64,000 bases of DNA from Monocercomonoides exilis PA203 (Eukaryota; Protista; Preaxostyla): assembly GCA_001643675.2 (NCBI GenBank), contig LSRY02000003.1:1364001-1428000 (forward strand), given 5' to 3'. The notes beneath the pieces are model-generated. The model was not told where the DNA came from. It saw only the letters and a list, made by a program, of their open reading frames with translations, and searched no databases. This document shows positions 62,214 to 64,000 of this stretch, piece after piece; within the stretch, counting starts at the first letter, position 1; every line of letters begins with the position of its first letter. Position numbers and translations under genes: made by a program.

Positions 62214-64000
62214 ATGGCTGATCTGAAATGCATACAATTTTTAGCCAGCTCACAAGATTATTGCGTTGATCCTATTTTTACTGAGGATTCTCAATTTATT
62301 TTATCAGCGCAGGGAAATCAAATCGCAGTAATTTCGGTTTCAACTGGTGAAATAGTTTCCTTTCTGCGTGGCCATACCGAATTAGTTACAGGAGTGCATA
62401 TCTCGCCGTTTAATTCTGAAGAAATTATTTCATCTTCACTTGATGGTACTTTACGGTTTTGGAATGTAAAAACATCAAAAATGGTTTCTATGTTTCGTGT
62501 TGGAATGCCTATACGCTCTTTTGTTCCTTCACAGGCAACTAAAAAGATATTTGTTGTTCTTCAACGAGCATGGAATCAGCAGATTTTTTCAAGCTTTGAC
62601 TTAAAATTCAGTTCCATTTCATTTTTGCTCCTTGGGTCCAGCTTTTCACCTTTATCAAGCAACAGTTCAGGGACCATTGTCGGAGTAGCAACTACAAAAA
62701 TTATATTTTTATATCATGCATTGGAACGTTTTTATAGTGTCATCGCACAAATTTCGAAAGCATTTCCTTTCACTGCATTTGCAATTGACGACGATGGTAA
62801 TGTGGTGGCCGTTGGTAACTCAATTGGGAAAATGAGCATTTATCCCCGTAATACATGGAAGCGTCTTTTCTTTCTCGGGCACAGCGAACAAGTCCTTGAT
62901 GTTAATAATATTAGTATTGCAAACTCAATTCCTTCACATGTTGCACAAGCTAAAGTTTTGGGAATTTCTATCCCGCAAAGTACTGTTCATTGGCATGATA
63001 ATGCCATTCGATCCATGTCGTTTATGAGAGGAGGAGACATTTTGGCTTCAGTGGCAAATGGGTCTTCTCTTGCTTTATGGACGGTGGCTGGAATGCAACG
63101 ATCTGTCATCCCTCGTCTTCCTCATCGACTTGTTGGTGTGGCAGTGTCTCCTGATGGAAGAAGGATTGCAGTGAAAAGTCGCGGGGGTGAAGACGGGCCA
63201 GGCTCACTGTCTGTTGTTGATGTCATGCTCGGCGTTGTTGGTGTGAGAGTGGATGGGCTTTCATGGCAAAAGAGAGAAAGTCAAGGAGCATTGTGCGATG
63301 TTGAAAAGATCATCGAAAGCACAGAAGAATCTGCTTCTGGTGCGAATCAAACTTCAAAATCAACAAAAGAAAATATAGAAAGTCGTCCAATGAAGTTTTA
63401 TCCGTGGAAGTTTCCTGTCAACACTGAATCAGCCTTCTCAACTCTTTCATCTGTTTTTCCTCCTCCAATATTTGTGAAGCATCCTCCTCTTATCCCTGCT
63501 GAGGCATCGAATCAAATATCCCTATCATCATCATCATCATCATCATCATCTTCTTCTTCTTCTTCTATTTCTTCAGTTCTTCAACACTATTCATCCCATC
63601 TTCCTTCCACACACATCCTTCTCTGTGCCAACAGAAGCCGTCTGATCTCCTTCGATCTCCTTGCCCTCACACCCACAAACGCAGCTATGTCTATTCTTCC
63701 TGACGCTGTTGAAGTGAGAGAAGGCAAAGAAAGCACCATCGAAGCAGCATGTGTGCTGAGTGACGGGCAGACGCTGGTTGTGGCAGAGCGAAAGAAGAAG
63801 CTGTGGGAAATGAAGCCAACGAACACCGTGCGCTACGAAACGAAGAAAGGAGAATATTTGACCGGTCTGACAAGAGAGTATTTTGAGAAAGAACTGAAAA
63901 AGACAGCGGAGACACTGTTTTTACCAGGAAACAGGGCAGAAAAGAGAACAATGCTTCAAGCATTGGCATCATCCTCGTCTTCCTCCTCCTCCTCCTCCTC
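62214..64000 (+). CDS. WDR75: WD40 protein WDR75/Utp17/Nan1 (SSU processome t-UTP), 3'-truncated by the window end
   Basis: MADLKCIQFLASSQDYCVDPIFTEDSQFILSAQGNQIAVISVSTGEIVSFLRGHTELVTGVHISPFNSEEIISSSLDGTLRFWN and STVHWHDNAIRSMSF...LALW...VIPRL match characteristic WDR75 motifs. No stop seen before the window end, which explains its absence from the ORF track. Confidence 0.85.
   Translation, partial: MADLKCIQFLASSQDYCVDPIFTEDSQFILSAQGNQIAVISVSTGEIVSFLRGHTELVTGVHISPFNSEEIISSSLDGTLRFWNVKTSKMVSMFRVGMPIRSFVPSQATKKIFVVLQRAWNQQIFSSFDLKFSSISFLLLGSSFSPLSSNSSGTIVGVATTKIIFLYHALERFYSVIAQISKAFPFTAFAIDDDGNVVAVGNSIGKMSIYPRNTWKRLFFLGHSEQVLDVNNISIANSIPSHVAQAKVLGISIPQSTVHWHDNAIRSMSFMRGGDILASVANGSSLALWTVAGMQRSVIPRLPHRLVGVAVSPDGRRIAVKSRGGEDGPGSLSVVDVMLGVVGVRVDGLSWQKRESQGALCDVEKIIESTEESASGANQTSKSTKENIESRPMKFYPWKFPVNTESAFSTLSSVFPPPIFVKHPPLIPAEASNQISLSSSSSSSSSSSSSSISSVLQHYSSHLPSTHILLCANRSRLISFDLLALTPTNAAMSILPDAVEVREGKESTIEAACVLSDGQTLVVAERKKKLWEMKPTNTVRYETKKGEYLTGLTREYFEKELKKTAETLFLPGNRAEKRTMLQALASSSSSSSSSS

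Noticed and set aside
1-64000. TAA/TAG-to-Gln reassignment, CRISPR arrays, tRNA or rRNA genes
   Set aside because: Conserved genes end at TAA, TAG or TGA in the expected places and long ORFs lack in-frame TAR. No repeat-spacer array or RNA-gene signature was seen by eye; small ncRNAs cannot be excluded without an Infernal search.

Overview
AT-rich eukaryotic genomic DNA with short spliceosomal introns (about 36-220 nt) and the standard genetic code (TAA, TAG and TGA all end recognisable genes). Gene style (poly-Ser microsatellite insertions, GTTTG/GTTCG donors, giant GGAI/Cys-rich beta-helix surface protein) suggests an oxymonad such as Monocercomonoides; this is inference. I reconstruct 12 protein-coding genes: a calnexin-like gene lacking its P-domain; an intronless 8207-aa type I membrane protein with 15 tandem beta-helix modules; a Ser/Glu-rich tail-anchored protein; a 7-exon syntaxin-6/Tlg1-type SNARE missed by the ORF track; an Sfi1-motif coiled-coil protein; a 9-exon coiled-coil protein; an 859-aa unknown; CARNMT1/N2227; MOB1; a signal-peptide-bearing BCP/PrxQ peroxiredoxin; a greatly expanded THO2; and the 5' part of WDR75/Utp17. 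The best non-coding signal is a 1954-bp element with 84-bp terminal inverted repeats (AT|GGG...CCC|AT) filling one intergenic region and carrying two related ~240-bp MITE-like hairpins. A short motif (TRCGAAWT) is clustered upstream of two signal-peptide genes. All gene models were built by eye and need transcript confirmation.
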